A stretch of DNA of 64,000 bases from Lama guanicoe (GCA_013239625.1 MU056262.1:9462134-9526133); one strand, 5' to 3'. Positions 1-12,204 are shown, counted from the stretch's first letter. The notes: generated from the letters alone by a model not told the origin. A program made the numbers and translations.

Positions 1-550
1 CACTGGCTTTGTTTTGATTACTCATCTGCTGTTTCTGGGTATACACAGGGTGACTTTAGGGAAGGCCTTGGCAGCTCCCTCGCTCCCTGAGTTGGTGCAA
101 AGGATCGTGACTGCTGTGGGATTGCAATCAGTCACCCTGGGCCTGTGGGCTGCCCTGGCTCCACTCTGTGCAGCCTTGGTCCTCTGCAGGCTGAGTGTGT
201 GTGGCGGGGTAGGGGTGGTGATGAGAGGTGGTGGGAGGGAAGGTCAGAATTCTCCCACAGAATTTAGATTGCACTGGGCTGCTTTCTTCCTCTACAGGAG
301 TGTGATGGTTGCAAAATTGGCATAAGAATTTCATAAAATGTGGTTACTTTTCACTTGTGTACCTTAAAAGTGCTACCATGTATATTTTCTCCTTGAATCC
401 TCATGTAAGACATGCTAGGTAGCCACATACTGCCAGACCCAGTGAGGGGATCAGGGCCTCGTGTCTAGGCATCGGTGGTGGGTACTCATCCCCAGATCTC
501 CTGAGAATGGGGCTTGTGTCCTTACTTTACCAATGGTGGCTTTTGGACTA

Positions 551-653
551 TTATTTTTTTTATAAATATAAACTTTTTTTTATTGCGTTATAGTCATTTT
601 ACAATGTTGTGTCAAATTCCAGTGTAGAGCACAATTTTTCAGTTATTCATGAA
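551..653 (-). mobile_element. 5'-truncated L1 3' end (camelid L1-like) with A-rich tail and 11-bp TSD CTTTTGGACTA (540-550, 654-664)
   Basis: T-rich tail then attgcgttatagtcattttacaatgttgtgtcaaattccagtgtagagcacaatttttcagttat; perfect flanking direct repeat. Confidence 0.8.
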
Positions 654-1094
654 CTTTTGGACTAATATTATTTTTGGATTATTTGGAATTTGAAAAGCTG
701 GTAATGAATCACCCTTATGACTTCACTAAAATGCTCTTGATCAAAAATATATTCAGTGTCTCACTCAGACAGTGGGTTTTGTCAGCAGTTCTTTAGCATT
801 AGGATCTGGGAGGGTGGTGTGTGGGGAGGCCGTGGTGACATGGATGCACTGTGGGAGCGAGGGAGGGGTTGGGCAAGGCTTCTCGTCTCTTTGGATCAAT
901 TTACATAGTAAGAAATGAATAGCAGGATTTAGAGAACCTTTTTTTCCCCTCCTTGTTACTATTTATTTTTTCCAGAACATGTATCTGGCTAGATGTTCAT
1001 TTTCTAATTTTTATGTTCAAATAGACATCTTAAATAGATGGGAATGTCATTCACCTGCCTTTTAGTTAAATTCAAGACCAGGTAGGATAGAATG

Positions 1095-1557
1095 TGTTGA
1101 CCGGAAAAAAAAAAAAGGACTACGTGAAAGTTGAGTTAGGTTTTATTTGGGGCCCGATGAGGACTATGGCCTTGGAGACCGCCTCTCAGATAGTTCTGAG
1201 GAGCTGTCCTGGAGAGGTAGCTGGGGAGGTCAGCGTATATACGATTTTAGTGAAGGGGGATATGTGCAGTCAAGCACACATTTTGGCCAAAGGTTGCTGG
1301 TAGTCACGAGGAGCAGATTGTCACCGTTAATGATTTTAGTGCTTTTCTAGATGTGAGAAGATGCAAGAAATTGGGCTCATAAAATCTCAAAATATCTATT
1401 TGAAGGCCTGTTCTGCTGGTTTTCCCCAGAGCAGCGAGTGCCGCATTCCTGGTCTCTGCCCTGAACTCCTTTCAGGGATGTGGAAGGTCAGGGACTGTAG
1501 TGGCTAGTGACTTCATTCTTGTAGAACCAGATGATAGGTGATGATATTTAGTTGGCA
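1095..1557 (-). mobile_element. ERV1-class solo LTR (MER41/LTR39-like; family uncertain), 463 bp
   Basis: TG...CA termini; 4-bp TSD AATG (1091-1094, 1558-1561); TATATA 1241-1236 followed by AATAAA 1147-1142 on the - strand. Confidence 0.8.
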
Positions 1558-1694
1558 AATGCCTCCCTGAGAAGCAGGGCTGGCTATTTTCCCAATGTTG
1601 TATTTTGAAAATTTTAAATCCACAAAGTAAGTGAAAATGAACATTGATATGCCCTCTACACATTTACCACATTTGCTTTCTGATCGTTGTCTAT

Positions 1695-1729
1695 ACACAC
1701 ACACACACACACACACACTCACTCTCTCT

Positions 1730-1774
<45 letters not shown>
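1695..1774 (+). repeat. Compound (CA)n(CT)n microsatellite
   Basis: Directly visible dinucleotide runs. Confidence 0.97.
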
Positions 1775-1775
<1 letters not shown>

Positions 1776-1969
1776 ACGCCACCCTAGGCCACATTCTATC
1801 TTCCTAAAGCCAGCAGTGTTCCAGAAAGCTTTTGGACCTTTAGCCTCTCTGACTGGAGATTTTTCTTTATCTCTTTGGCCACAGTAGCTATCTATAGTCC
1901 ACAGAGTAGTCTCCCTGCAAACTAATTTGGCTCCTAGATTAGAAGCGTTGCTCTTGTTGCACTTGGTGA

Positions 1970-2143
<174 letters not shown>

Positions 2144-2539
2144 TAGGGCACTAGGCTTGTGACACTGTGTGTTTATATAAATCCCCTCTACAGACCCTGT
2201 GGAGGTTTGAGTGGCCACATTTGTATCTGAACAGATTAAGAGCAAGTTTGTGACTGGATGTTTCAGTGCCCATTTGTGTGTATTCACAAGAGGCTGCCCC
2301 AGTTGCAGGACCCCATTTGGAGCAGATATATATGACCGGTCTTGAACTGGAGGGCCCTACAACCTCTAACGCCCACTTGAGAACCAGTGCCTAGACTCAT
2401 GTCCCCTCAAGGACCAGGGGAGTGTCCCCTCTGGTCCATCTCGAGTTCACTGGGGTAGGTCCCTGTGCTGTATGTTCATGCTCACTGGTGCCTAGCAGAT
2501 CACCCTTATTGCCCTGTGTCTGTTCATCTCCTGGCCCAG

Positions 2540-2675
2540 CCCCGAAAAGAACGGGAGAGTCCACCTAGCGCGCCCCGTGTGTGACTGCCAGGCTCATCTG
2601 CTCTGGAACCGGCCTCGATTTGGAGAGATCAATGATCAGGACAGAACTGATCAATACGTCCAGGCCCTGAGTACG
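2540..2675 (+). CDS. PRMT7: PRMT7 coding exon (exon 11 eq.), [45 protein letters not shown]
   Basis: cccag|C acceptor, ACG|gtaagt donor; 136 nt; [17 protein letters not shown] matches PRMT7. Confidence 0.97.
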
Positions 2676-3093
2676 GTAAGTGTCCAGCCCCTTGGGTGGA
2701 TGTGGACCATAAGGGGTTTGTCCCACGGATCCCAGCTTTTTGCTTGCTTATAATTATATATAATTTGCTGGTTTTGTTTTCCTTGCTCCCTTGTCTGTCC
2801 GTGAGTGGCTTCAGCCTGCTCCTTCTGGGCAGGCATTTGGGCAGAGGCTGGGGAGCTTGTTTCTGACTACCTGAGGGCTCTCCTATGAGAGCCTCTGACT
2901 CCAAGCCTCCCCTGGCCCCTCCTTTGTCTTCTAGACACTTTGCCTTTGTGGTCAGCAGGGGTCCTATAGGTGACCCCTGTGGATTCAGCCACCCCATTCT
3001 TCCTTTCTTCTGCTTCTATCTTTCTAAAATTTTCTAAAATGTAAATCTGGTCATGAAACTCTCCTGAAAACCTTTGCTCCCTGCTGCCTATAG

Positions 3094-3275
3094 CAAGGGT
3101 CTCTCAGCCTGAGGACCTCACACAAGGTTTGAAGGGGGTGTCTCTGGACCCCTTGGAGTTGTATGCAGAGATATGTGTCATGTGTGCACATGCATGCATT
3201 TTGGTGGGGTGAGGGGAGGATCCCAGCTGTCCTAAGTTTCTCTCAGAGGTGTCTGTGACCCGTAAAGCATTCCTG
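3094..3275 (+). mobile_element. MER103-like hAT-Charlie DNA transposon relic (boundaries approximate)
   Basis: Resembles the consensus pattern ...ccccttggagttgtatgcaga...tgtgcacatgcatgcatttt...tctgtgaccc. Confidence 0.55.
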
Positions 3276-3650
3276 CTTTTGGCTCTCGTCAGGCCCATAG
3301 CTGTCTGCTAAGATATAGGAAAGAGGCCTGTGGTCGTGGCCTGGGAGGTGGCCTCTGGTAAACAGGGCAGATTTTCAGCTGGGCCTTCTTGAGGAGAGTC
3401 TTTCCTGACAGTCGGGCGGGTACGTGGGAAGGTGGGGCTGGTTACTACGTGGGCCTGGGAAGCAAGTGTGGCTGGTGTTGGGGACACAGGAAAATCCAGC
3501 TGTGTGCTGTAGGGGTGGAGTGAGGAGGAGATCAGACAGAATGATCAGAGTGATTTAGGGAGTCAGACGGGACGTGTTTCTGTCAGTTTGCCAACAAGAG
3601 TTTCTTGACATTGTAAGAAAACCTGTGCTGAGGTTGCTCTTTTCCTGCAG

Positions 3651-3734
3651 GTGCTGAAGCCAGACAGTGTCTGCTTGTGCATCAGCGATGGCAGCCTGCT
3701 CTCCATGTTGGCCTATCACCTCGGGGCAGAGCAG
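3651..3734 (+). CDS. PRMT7: PRMT7 coding exon (exon 12 eq.), [28 protein letters not shown]
   Basis: cctgcag|GTG acceptor, CAG|gtactg donor; 84 nt; degenerate motif I (SDGSLL) of the second PRMT module. Confidence 0.96.
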
Positions 3735-4114
3735 GTACTGGACATGTAACTTCTACCAGCTTCCTGAGGGTGGCTTTTGAGTTAGGGTGTCATGTGATCT
3801 AGGTACACAGTTTTGTGACTAAAGCTTTTTGCAAGTGCACCTGCCACACTTGTGGCATGTTTGGGTCAGGGATTGAGGGGTTTGTTGCCTTGTGTGCAGG
3901 CAGGAGTCAGGCTATAGCTGTTGCCATGTAGCTCCCAAGTCTGAGTCTGCCATCTTCCTAGGGTCAGTGCAGAATGTTGTTCTGTCCCAGGGGCTAATGA
4001 ACACAGGTAGAGTTGGTTAGGTGTTGCCCTCTGCCTTGGAGTTGCATTTTAACCTTTAATTTCTTTCTCTGTTAAGTAAATCTCCCACAGCTAATAGCGT
4101 GGTATTCTCTTTAG

Positions 4115-4162
4115 GTATTTACAGTAGAGAGCTCAGCAGCTTCTCATAGACTGATGAAAAAA
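4115..4162 (+). CDS. PRMT7: PRMT7 coding exon (exon 13 eq.), VFTVESSAASHRLMKK
   Basis: ctttag|GTA acceptor, AAA|gtaagt donor; 48 nt, in frame. Confidence 0.95.
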
Positions 4163-4845
4163 GTAAGTGATAATTGTTGTTACTGAATAATGAGGGGACC
4201 TGGGGGGCCTGCCTTCCTGAGTCTGGGATTGATCGCTTTGAAGCAGCTTCAGAACCAAGGGAACTGGGAGAAGTAGCACCTGCCAGTGAAGCTCTCGTGA
4301 CTCCCGTGCTGAGAGCTAGCCTGGAAGTCTTCTAGGGCTGTCATTGAATAGCAGTGAGTGTTTAGACTCTCCTTTTTTTTTTTGTGGCTAAAGAAGTGTA
4401 GGCTTTTCTCCTCACTTCACATAAAACTAAAAAAACTAAAATCTTTGCAGTGATAGAATTCAGTTTGTTTCTGGGTCACCAGTGCCCAGGGAATCACTGC
4501 TCACAAACTGGCTTGATTGGTTGGTTCTGTGATGGTGTTTCTCCTCCTGGCCAGTGATTGGTTTTGATTTCCTCTCTGAAGGATAACCCACCTCCACCAG
4601 ACTACAAGACTCCACCACTGCTAAGTCCTGCTGATATGTCTACAGGAGAGATTTCTTATGCTCTTACGACATTTCACTCGTGATCTCCCCCGTGGTCTAT
4701 AGGACGCTCCGGTGGGGAAAAGTTCCACAAAGCAGCTGAAGGTGGTGCTCCAGAACTATTTGGCCAGAGAACTGCAAACAGATAAAGCAACTTTGAGTTG
4801 TTTTTTTTTCCTGGACAAAAACAATACTTTTGTTTTCTCTCTAAG

Positions 4846-4935
4846 ATCTTCAAGGCTAACCACTTGGAAGATAAAATTAATATGATAGAGAAACGGCCTG
4901 AATTATTAACACCTGCAGACTTGGGGGATAAAAAG
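4846..4935 (+). CDS. PRMT7: PRMT7 coding exon (exon 14 eq.), [30 protein letters not shown]
   Basis: ctctaag|ATC acceptor, AAG|gtgagg donor; 90 nt; lies within ORF 4798..5019. Confidence 0.96.
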
Positions 4936-5514
4936 GTGAGGAGCAAGTGCTCTGCCTTTGCACTGGACAGTATGGCTCTGAGACGGCCCCTTCTCTGGGC
5001 CTCACTGTGGGTCCCCTAGTACCTCACCAAGCTAAGGACTCAACACTGTTGCGGATGTGGTGAGGTTTGCAGAGATGCCTGCTGAGCAAATACTTGTACT
5101 CCTCTCAATTCTCGCTAATCTCTGCTGCTTCAGTGAGGGCAGAATGGCTCTGCTGGGACTGATAGCATCACATCGTGTCCTCCCTTTTTCCTTCACAGCA
5201 CTGCTGTCCTCACTTAGTTTCCCATCCATTCCTCCCGCCACAGCTGCGCTTCAGTCCCCTGTGTGTGCCTCCTGTCCCTCAGTAACCTTAGCTGTTAAAC
5301 TTGTCATCCCTGCTGGCTTCATCTCACTGTCCTCCAGGACCCTCACAATCCAGGGACCTCTCCCTCCTCAACACACTTCTGTTTAGGTTCTTAAGAGACT
5401 GACTTACTTTTCATGGTTGTCCTTTTATCTGGCTGCTCCTTCTCAGCCCTTCATTGGTCTCTTCCTTCACTCGATCCTCCCCTACAGATGTCCTTGGTGA
5501 TAGCTTTTCTGACT

Positions 5515-5965
5515 CCTATTCGTGCATTTATTCATCTAATCAGCAGACCCTCACTGATCATCTGCTGTGGGCCAGGTACTATGCTGAGAATACTGGGTGG
5601 CCTATGTCCCTACTTCTGTGGTGCTCTGAGCCTGGTGAGGGAGGCAGATGAGTGCTGATAATACATTGTCAGGATAAAACTGAGTAGGGATGTAATCCTG
5701 GAAACCCTTCCTGATGCTCTGACCTCTGGGTCCCTCCACGTGCCCCTTCCTTGCCTCTGTCAGATCTTACCGCACTCTGAGGAAGGCCCCCAGCCTCATT
5801 TGCTCCCTCTTCCACTCTGCACTCCTGAGGGCAAGGCTCATGTCGGTTTCTCATCTTTATATCCCCTAAGGCGGTGCAGACCTTGACATGCTTGTTTGTC
5901 AACTGACTGGCTGACTGAGTGCATGAGTGAGTGAGTGAATGAATGAATGAATGAATGAGTGAGCC
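5515..5965. mobile_element. L2 3'-end relics in both orientations, ending in a (TGAA/TGAG)n tail at ~5915-5962
   Basis: attcatctaatcagcag...ggccaggtactatgctgag (antisense L2 end) and a tgaatgaatgaa tail. Confidence 0.55.
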
Positions 5966-6012
5966 TGTGAAACTTGTGACCTGTCCTTCACTTGTGAGCT
6001 GAAACCTTTTGA

Positions 6013-6258
<246 letters not shown>

Positions 6259-7403
6259 TAGGGCTTGGGGGACTTTGTTTTTTTGTAAAGACCTTGAATG
6301 CAGATAGAGCAACTCGGGTCTTAATGACTTGGGCCTCTGCTTTTCCATATCAGCACACTGCAGGGCTGAGTAGAAGAGGCTTGCCTTTGTAAAAATGCAG
6401 TAATTTGGCACATGAAATGGAAATGGCTGTGTGTTGTCATTTTACAATTATGGCTTATGAGAATAATTTAAAAATATAAATTAAGAGTTTCAGAAGACAA
6501 GCTGTGCAGCTTGCTCTGCTCTCATTAAGAGCTGAGGCTCCAGTTGTTAAAAGCATTTCGAAATGGACAAGTCAGCTTCTTTATGCAAGAAAAAATTGAA
6601 AAGCTTCATTTTAATTTTCTCATCAAAGCAGAACCACAGTCACAAAGTCATTTTGGAAAAGGCATTCTTTATTAAAAGGATTTTGAAATGCTTTTAACCT
6701 GAAATGTAGAGTGAACCTCTGATATTTCTTTGATAAGAACGGCTTTATCCATTGGTAGCTTAGTGGCTCCATTGCTTAATTTTCTGGGCATTTCTTCTGT
6801 GCTGTTTATTCACTTGATCACATTTCCATGTGAATTCTCGTTTTTACATCTAGACAGGAGCTGTGGGGAATGATGCTTGTTCTCGGGCATGTGTCCAGGA
6901 GACAGAGGTTACAAAGTTGACTGGCCTGAGTACACCTCTGGTCCCCGCCTTCCCATCATTCTCATGCTCTTTGTGGGCGCAGGGCCCCGAGGACTGGTTT
7001 ACAGATCTCTTCCCAGTGAACCAGTGTTCAAGATGGACAGGGAGTGAGAAACCCTAGCCTGGTAGCTCTGGCCAGTTGTCCCCCATAGGAGAGGGTTTGG
7101 AGTCATGGGAGGCTTTGCAGATTTGATCTTCGGTCTTTGGTGTCTCTGAGTCCCTTCAGCCATGAAGATCTCTTCCGGGTCTGTGGGAACAGCAAGGTGT
7201 GCCTCATGTTTGGAGCTGGGGCAGCCCCCTAACTCATGGACCCTTCTTGCTCTTGTCACCACACTGCCGTGCGGTGGGTGTGGACATCTGTGTGCTGTCC
7301 CACAGAACCCTTGGCATGGTCTGCGCACCTGCCCCATTGGCGGGTGTGGATGTCAGTGTGCCCTGGCAAATGGGTGTCAGTGAAGGCTGCACCTTCCTTA
7401 CAG

Positions 7404-7478
7404 GACCTGTGGCGGATCCGGAGCCCCTGTGGTAACTGTGAAGGCTTTGATGTGCACATCATGGATGACATGATTAAG
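7404..7478 (+). CDS. PRMT7: PRMT7 coding exon (exon 16 eq.), [25 protein letters not shown]
   Basis: ttacag|GAC acceptor, AAG|gtaggc donor; 75 nt. Confidence 0.97.
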
Positions 7479-8289
7479 GTAGGCAGGGCCACAGCTCCCA
7501 CCTGCAGTGTCACACTCCCTACTCCCCCTCCAGTCCACATAGCCACAGGCTTCTAACAGGAATGTCTGGCTTCCATAGAGTGACTTAGGCTGGACAGTGC
7601 AGTCAGCGTGCATAGAGCTCCTCTGCTGGGGACAGTGAGGGCAGGTATATCCATTCTACTTGGTTCACCATGAGCACGAGCCTGAGAGCCATTGTGTCTC
7701 AAAGTCTGGTATTAGGCAATTCTCGTCCTGAGCTATAATCCCTGATTCAGAATTTTGGGCTAGGGCCCCTCGTCACCGGGCCACTGGAACTGCTCCTGCC
7801 AATGTCAGCAGCTTGTTCCCGGTTGAGACAGTCTCTAGAAGGTGGGGCAAGGATATGGGAGGAGGGTCCTGCAGGGTTATCTGTACATAGTAGGGGATCA
7901 AGTCAGTCACCAGGGACTGCATCTCTGGGAACCCAGGGCAGTGATGAAAGTGCTAATGAAACTCAGCTCTGTGAGGATCAGCGTGAAGAGTCATGATGCA
8001 GCCCTGTGAGAAGGGCAGGGCAGGGAACACCATCCCATTTTTATATATTAATAGAATTTGCAAAAAAAAAATTCACACAGACAGAGGAAAAGGGGTGGAA
8101 TACGGGACACCAAAATGGTAGCTGTGTGATTAGGAAGTGGTTAATGTTTTTCTCTTTTTGCTTATCTTTCTGCTTACATTTTTCTGTGGCGATTGTGGAT
8201 TGTTTGTATAAACATTTTTTAAGTAAATAAATCCGTTCACTTGAAAAAAGGGACATTTTCATTTTGCATCTTACCTGCTTCTCCACAGC

Positions 8290-9230
8290 AGACCACTGAC
8301 TGTTCCATGCTTTTAGAAATCTCCTTTGTGCCTAGTCACTGCACACTCCAGCTCCCTCTGGCCACTCCTCAGGCTCCTTCCTGGGCTCCTCCACCCCTTC
8401 GCATCCCTTAAGGTGTTGTGTTCTAGGTCTCCCAGAGGCCCCTGCCCTGACTCTGCTCTCCCTGACTGTCCCTGTCCCCCATCTTTCCTGGCCAATGTCT
8501 TCATCTCTCCTGAGCTCAGATAAAATAGCTAAGAGTGGTGGTCCCTCTACTGAGATGTCCTCATGCACTCTGACCTGATGCTCCAAAGTCCCACCTGTTC
8601 TTCCCCCATCCCCAGCCTGGCCCCTTCCAGTGGTCCTGTCCTAGACCTGCCTCCACTTCATACCCGACTGCTGGGCTCAGGACCCCTGTGTCTTCCCAGA
8701 CAAGTCCTTGCCTTCACGTGCAGTTGGTTATCAGGTTGCATAACCATCAGGTCCTCAGTGAGCCAGTTTCTTCCCCTGTTGCTGCTGATCTGGTCTGGGC
8801 TACTTTCGTTTCTTGCCTATGACCACGTATCCTCCCTCTCCTGGTCAGCATTCCTCTACACAGAGCCCAAGTGAATCTGTAGATCCAAAGTCTAACCCTA
8901 TGGGAAAACGCTGTAGGACTCCCTGACTCCCTGCCTCTACTCTTACAGTCCCCTGCTGCTTGGCCTGTCCTGGTCTGCTCTCCGTCCTCTCCCTGCTGGG
9001 CCTTTGTCCACTCTCCTCCTTCCTACCAATTCCTGTGTGACCTTCAGGAGGCAGCCCAGAGATGACCCCTCCAGCAGCTTTCCTGCGCAGCCCCATTTTC
9101 AGCCAGAGGTCATTGTCCCCCAGGCACTACAATCACTTGTCTCCCAGTTGTCTCCGTCTAGACTGAAAGCCTTGTGTGCACAGGCAGTTGTAGTGCTCAG
9201 TAAGGGTCACTGAGTAGGTGAGTGTCCAAA
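8290..9230 (+). mobile_element. Fragmented L2 relics (approximate)
   Basis: Pyrimidine-rich L2-like text ending tagactgaaagccttg...gtgctcagtaag. Confidence 0.45.
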
Positions 9231-9542
9231 TGGCAGGTGTTTTCACAAATATAGACATTTAGCCCTCAAGGTAGTTTGTGAGATGGGCAGTGTCATCCAG
9301 TTTTAAAAGGGAGAAAACAAAGCTAAGAGCGACTTGCCATGGAGATGGCTCCTGAGTCGTGGTGGGGAACAGAGAAGCCAGTTGGTCTGATCCAGGCACC
9401 CATGGACTTTTTGTGAGGACTCCCTGCCCCATGTGACTGTGGCAGTTACCCTGAGGGGGAGACGGGGACATGAGCCCCTTGTCCCATGGCTGCCAAGTTC
9501 TACCTCTGCAGACCCCTGCCTTCCCTTTTCTTCTCTTCTCAG

Positions 9543-9703
9543 TGTGCCCTGGACTTCAGGGAGAGCAAGGAGGCCGAGCCCCATCCGCTGTGGGAGTACC
9601 CATGCCACAGCCTCTCTGAGCCCCAGCAGATCCTGACCTTTGATTTTCTGCAGCCTGTTCCCCCACAGCCTATCCATGCTGAGGGCACCATTGAGCTGAG
9701 GAG
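9543..9703 (+). CDS. PRMT7: PRMT7 coding exon (exon 17 eq.), [53 protein letters not shown](R)
   Basis: ttctcag|TGT acceptor, AG|gtgagt donor; 161 nt; [12 protein letters not shown] signature. Confidence 0.97.
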
Positions 9704-10617
9704 GTGAGTGTAGGCTCCAGGGTGGGCGCGGTGGGGGAAGGGAGTGGCAGGGCTTGCTCTCTGTCTGGTAGTTACTACCCGAGTGCTTTGGCTGCTTTCA
9801 TGTGACAGGATGGCTCTCCTTGTCTCTGCCTTGCCCTTTCTGATCTGAAGTGGCCCTGAGTGTACAGGAGTCTCCACAGCTTCTGGGTGGGGAGGGAGAG
9901 CCAGAATGGGCTTGCTCATCCTCCCACATCTGAGGCTCCCTGTGAGCTAAGTGGCATGTTACACACAGCTGCAGAGAAATGTGAATCTGGTTGCTATGGT
10001 TACCCATTGGACTGTATTCCTGAACTCTCCTGGGAATTGAAGCAGATTAGGAATTGGCAGGGGCTGCCATTGTGACGCATAGTCAGGCCCATCTAGCTCC
10101 AGCTTCAGCTCCCTTCAGGGGAGGAGCTGCTTCTTTCTGGAGAAAGAACCCATTTCTGACTGGGTGGTGACCATGAGCCCAGAGCTCCTTGGGGGCTCCT
10201 TTAACAAGGGGAAGGCAGGGCAGATATCCATCTGGGCCTGCCATTCAGGGTATCTGGGAGAAGTCTTCTAGCCTTTGATGCCCAGGCTGCGCTTTGAGCC
10301 TTCTGGACCAAACCTTTCCATGACCTCAGGCCGAGGAAGCTGGTCCTGCAGCCTGCTGGCCCTGCCCCATGGTTACTCTTGAGTGCTTGGCCAGGCTCTG
10401 AGGAGCCACTGGGGGCTTTGGGTTGTGGCTTTTCTTGCTCAGCATTTTACTGCATGGCCTTTAGTCAGGTGGTGTGTTAGGAGCCTCCTGACTCGGGGGG
10501 ATGGAAGTGGGAGAGACCAGAGGTTTCTGGAAAGCAGAGGGGAGCCATGGCCACGCCCATCCACCTCTCGTGTGGCTGTTTCTTTTTGGCTCAATGTTCT
10601 CCCTCCCCCGCCCCCAG

Positions 10618-10714
10618 GCCTGGGAGGAGCCATGGGGCTGTCCTGTGGATGGAATACCACCTGACCCCGGACAGCACGGTCAGCACTGGCCTCCTGAAGC
10701 CTGCAGAGAACAAG
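10618..10714 (+). CDS. PRMT7: PRMT7 coding exon (exon 18 eq.), [32 protein letters not shown]
   Basis: ccccag|G acceptor, AAG|gtagta donor; 97 nt; phase completes the previous exon. Confidence 0.96.
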
Positions 10715-10948
10715 GTAGTACTGTGTGCTGGGGTCCCAGCGTGGGCCGATCTGAGAGGAGGTGCTGCCATCACACCTGCCTGAGCTCTGGGTGTTCCTGG
10801 TGCATGTGGCTGGATAACTCTTCCGTGGCCCTAGGTCACCCGGCCCTGAGCAGCAGCTTCTCACTGAGAGCTGCCTGGGCTGGAGGCTGGCCAGGAAGGG
10901 GCTTGGGTGCCAGGAGCCCTCACTACCTTCTTACTGCTTCTCCTGCAG

Positions 10949-11122
10949 GGGGACTGTTGCTGGAACCCCCACTGCAAGCAGGCCGTGTACTTCTTCAACA
11001 CCACACTGGACTCCAGAGCACCGCCGGACAGCCCACGGACTGTCAGCTACACTGTGGTATTCCACCCTGACACTGGAGATGTCACCATGGATTTTATGCT
11101 CTCAGATGCCCTCACTTGTTGA
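10949..11122 (+). CDS. PRMT7: PRMT7 last coding exon (exon 19 eq.), [16 protein letters not shown]...[20 protein letters not shown]
   Basis: cctgcag|GGG acceptor; [11 protein letters not shown] motif; TGA at 11120-11122. Confidence 0.96.
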   Translation, partial: GDCCWNPHCKQAVYFFNTTLDSRAPPDSPRTVSYTVVFHPDTGDVTMDFMLSDALTC

Positions 11123-11124
11123 GA

Positions 11125-11130
11125 AATAAA
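11125..11130 (+). terminator. PRMT7: PRMT7 polyadenylation signal AATAAA
   Basis: AATAAA right after the stop codon, followed ~30 nt later by GU/U-rich ggtgtggcttttct. Confidence 0.8.
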
Positions 11131-12204
11131 GTGGCCAAGGGCTCCGGGCTCTGAATGGTGTGGCTTTCTGAGAAGGAAGGTGAAGGCACCTCTCCTTTCA
11201 GGGCCCAGCTTGGCCTCTGGGCTTGGAGGAAGTCTCTTCCCTTTTTGTGTTTTTGCACCGCCAGCTCCTTGCTCCAGATATGGCAGGAAGCAAGGGTTGC
11301 TTTGGAGCTGAGGAGGGGCCAAAGAGCCCACCCTGCAGTTGTTTTGAAATGCTCAGAAAGCTCCAAACTGTGAAAGCTCCTCCTGTCCTTCCTGGAAGGG
11401 AACAAAATCTGAGTTGGCTGGGCTGGTCAGGTTGGGGTGCTCTCAGCTGTGCAGTTCCAGGAGGGCGTGCTGCTCTTTTGGGAGCTAGCCTAGCCTGGCC
11501 TGCATTCTGGGAACCTCTGGGTCCCACCTGCCTGCTCCAGCTAGGGGGGCCCTCTAGGGGCAGAGATGCTGACTTGTGGCTGGGTCCCAGGCCTTGAAGA
11601 CCCTGGCTTGACCAGGCTAAGGACCAGGTTCAGACCCTTTCACTTGCTAGGTAACAGCAAGCCACATTTGTATAGGTCTGGCCTCTGTGCAGCACCAGCA
11701 GGTGACTCAGATGGACACCTGGACACCAAGCTGCTGTTCAGAGGACAGGGTGGAGACTGTCCCAAAGCAGTTCCTGAGATGCAGACCCAGACACCAGCCA
11801 TCAGGAGAAGGGAGCCAAGAGGTACAGCCCTTTCCTATGTGCCCCCTTTTCTAGCAGAGGAACTTCATCCCCTGGAAGCCTGGGTACAAGTGTGGTCATC
11901 CCAGCCCCGCCTTGCCTTGTCAGGAAGGCCAGAGTCCCAAGGAGGCCCCAGCCTTGCTTCTCCCCACACTCAAGGTACCCTTCTGCTATTGGCTCCCAGT
12001 TCCAGAGGGAATGAGTAAGAGAACCCAAGTGGCCTGGTTTTCTGGTGGTTCAGGGCAGACCCAGGCTGTGCCCATCCTGTGGGGGAGAGGCAGGAAAGGC
12101 AGACCCCACACAGCGGTCTCCCCACAGCCCCACCTGGCCACCCAGCCTCTTGGAGTCAGAGCAGGGCCCAGCCCCAGCTTCTCACTCAAATAAGTAGAGA
12201 ACAC

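Noticed and set aside
4375-4800. Unique-looking segment after a poly-T run with two gattggtt (CCAAT-box) motifs; considered as a retrocopy or cryptic promoter
   Set aside because: No TSD, no ORF or parent gene recognised; a BLASTN/Dfam search would be needed to say more
11108-11122. C-terminal cysteine of PRMT7 (...ALTC*) as a prenylation signal
   Set aside because: Cys is the last residue, not at -4 (CaaX), and not in a CC or CxC motif
11530-11570. CTCF-like motif between the convergent genes (gccctctaggggcag)
   Set aside because: Only a partial match to the consensus; not supportable by eye
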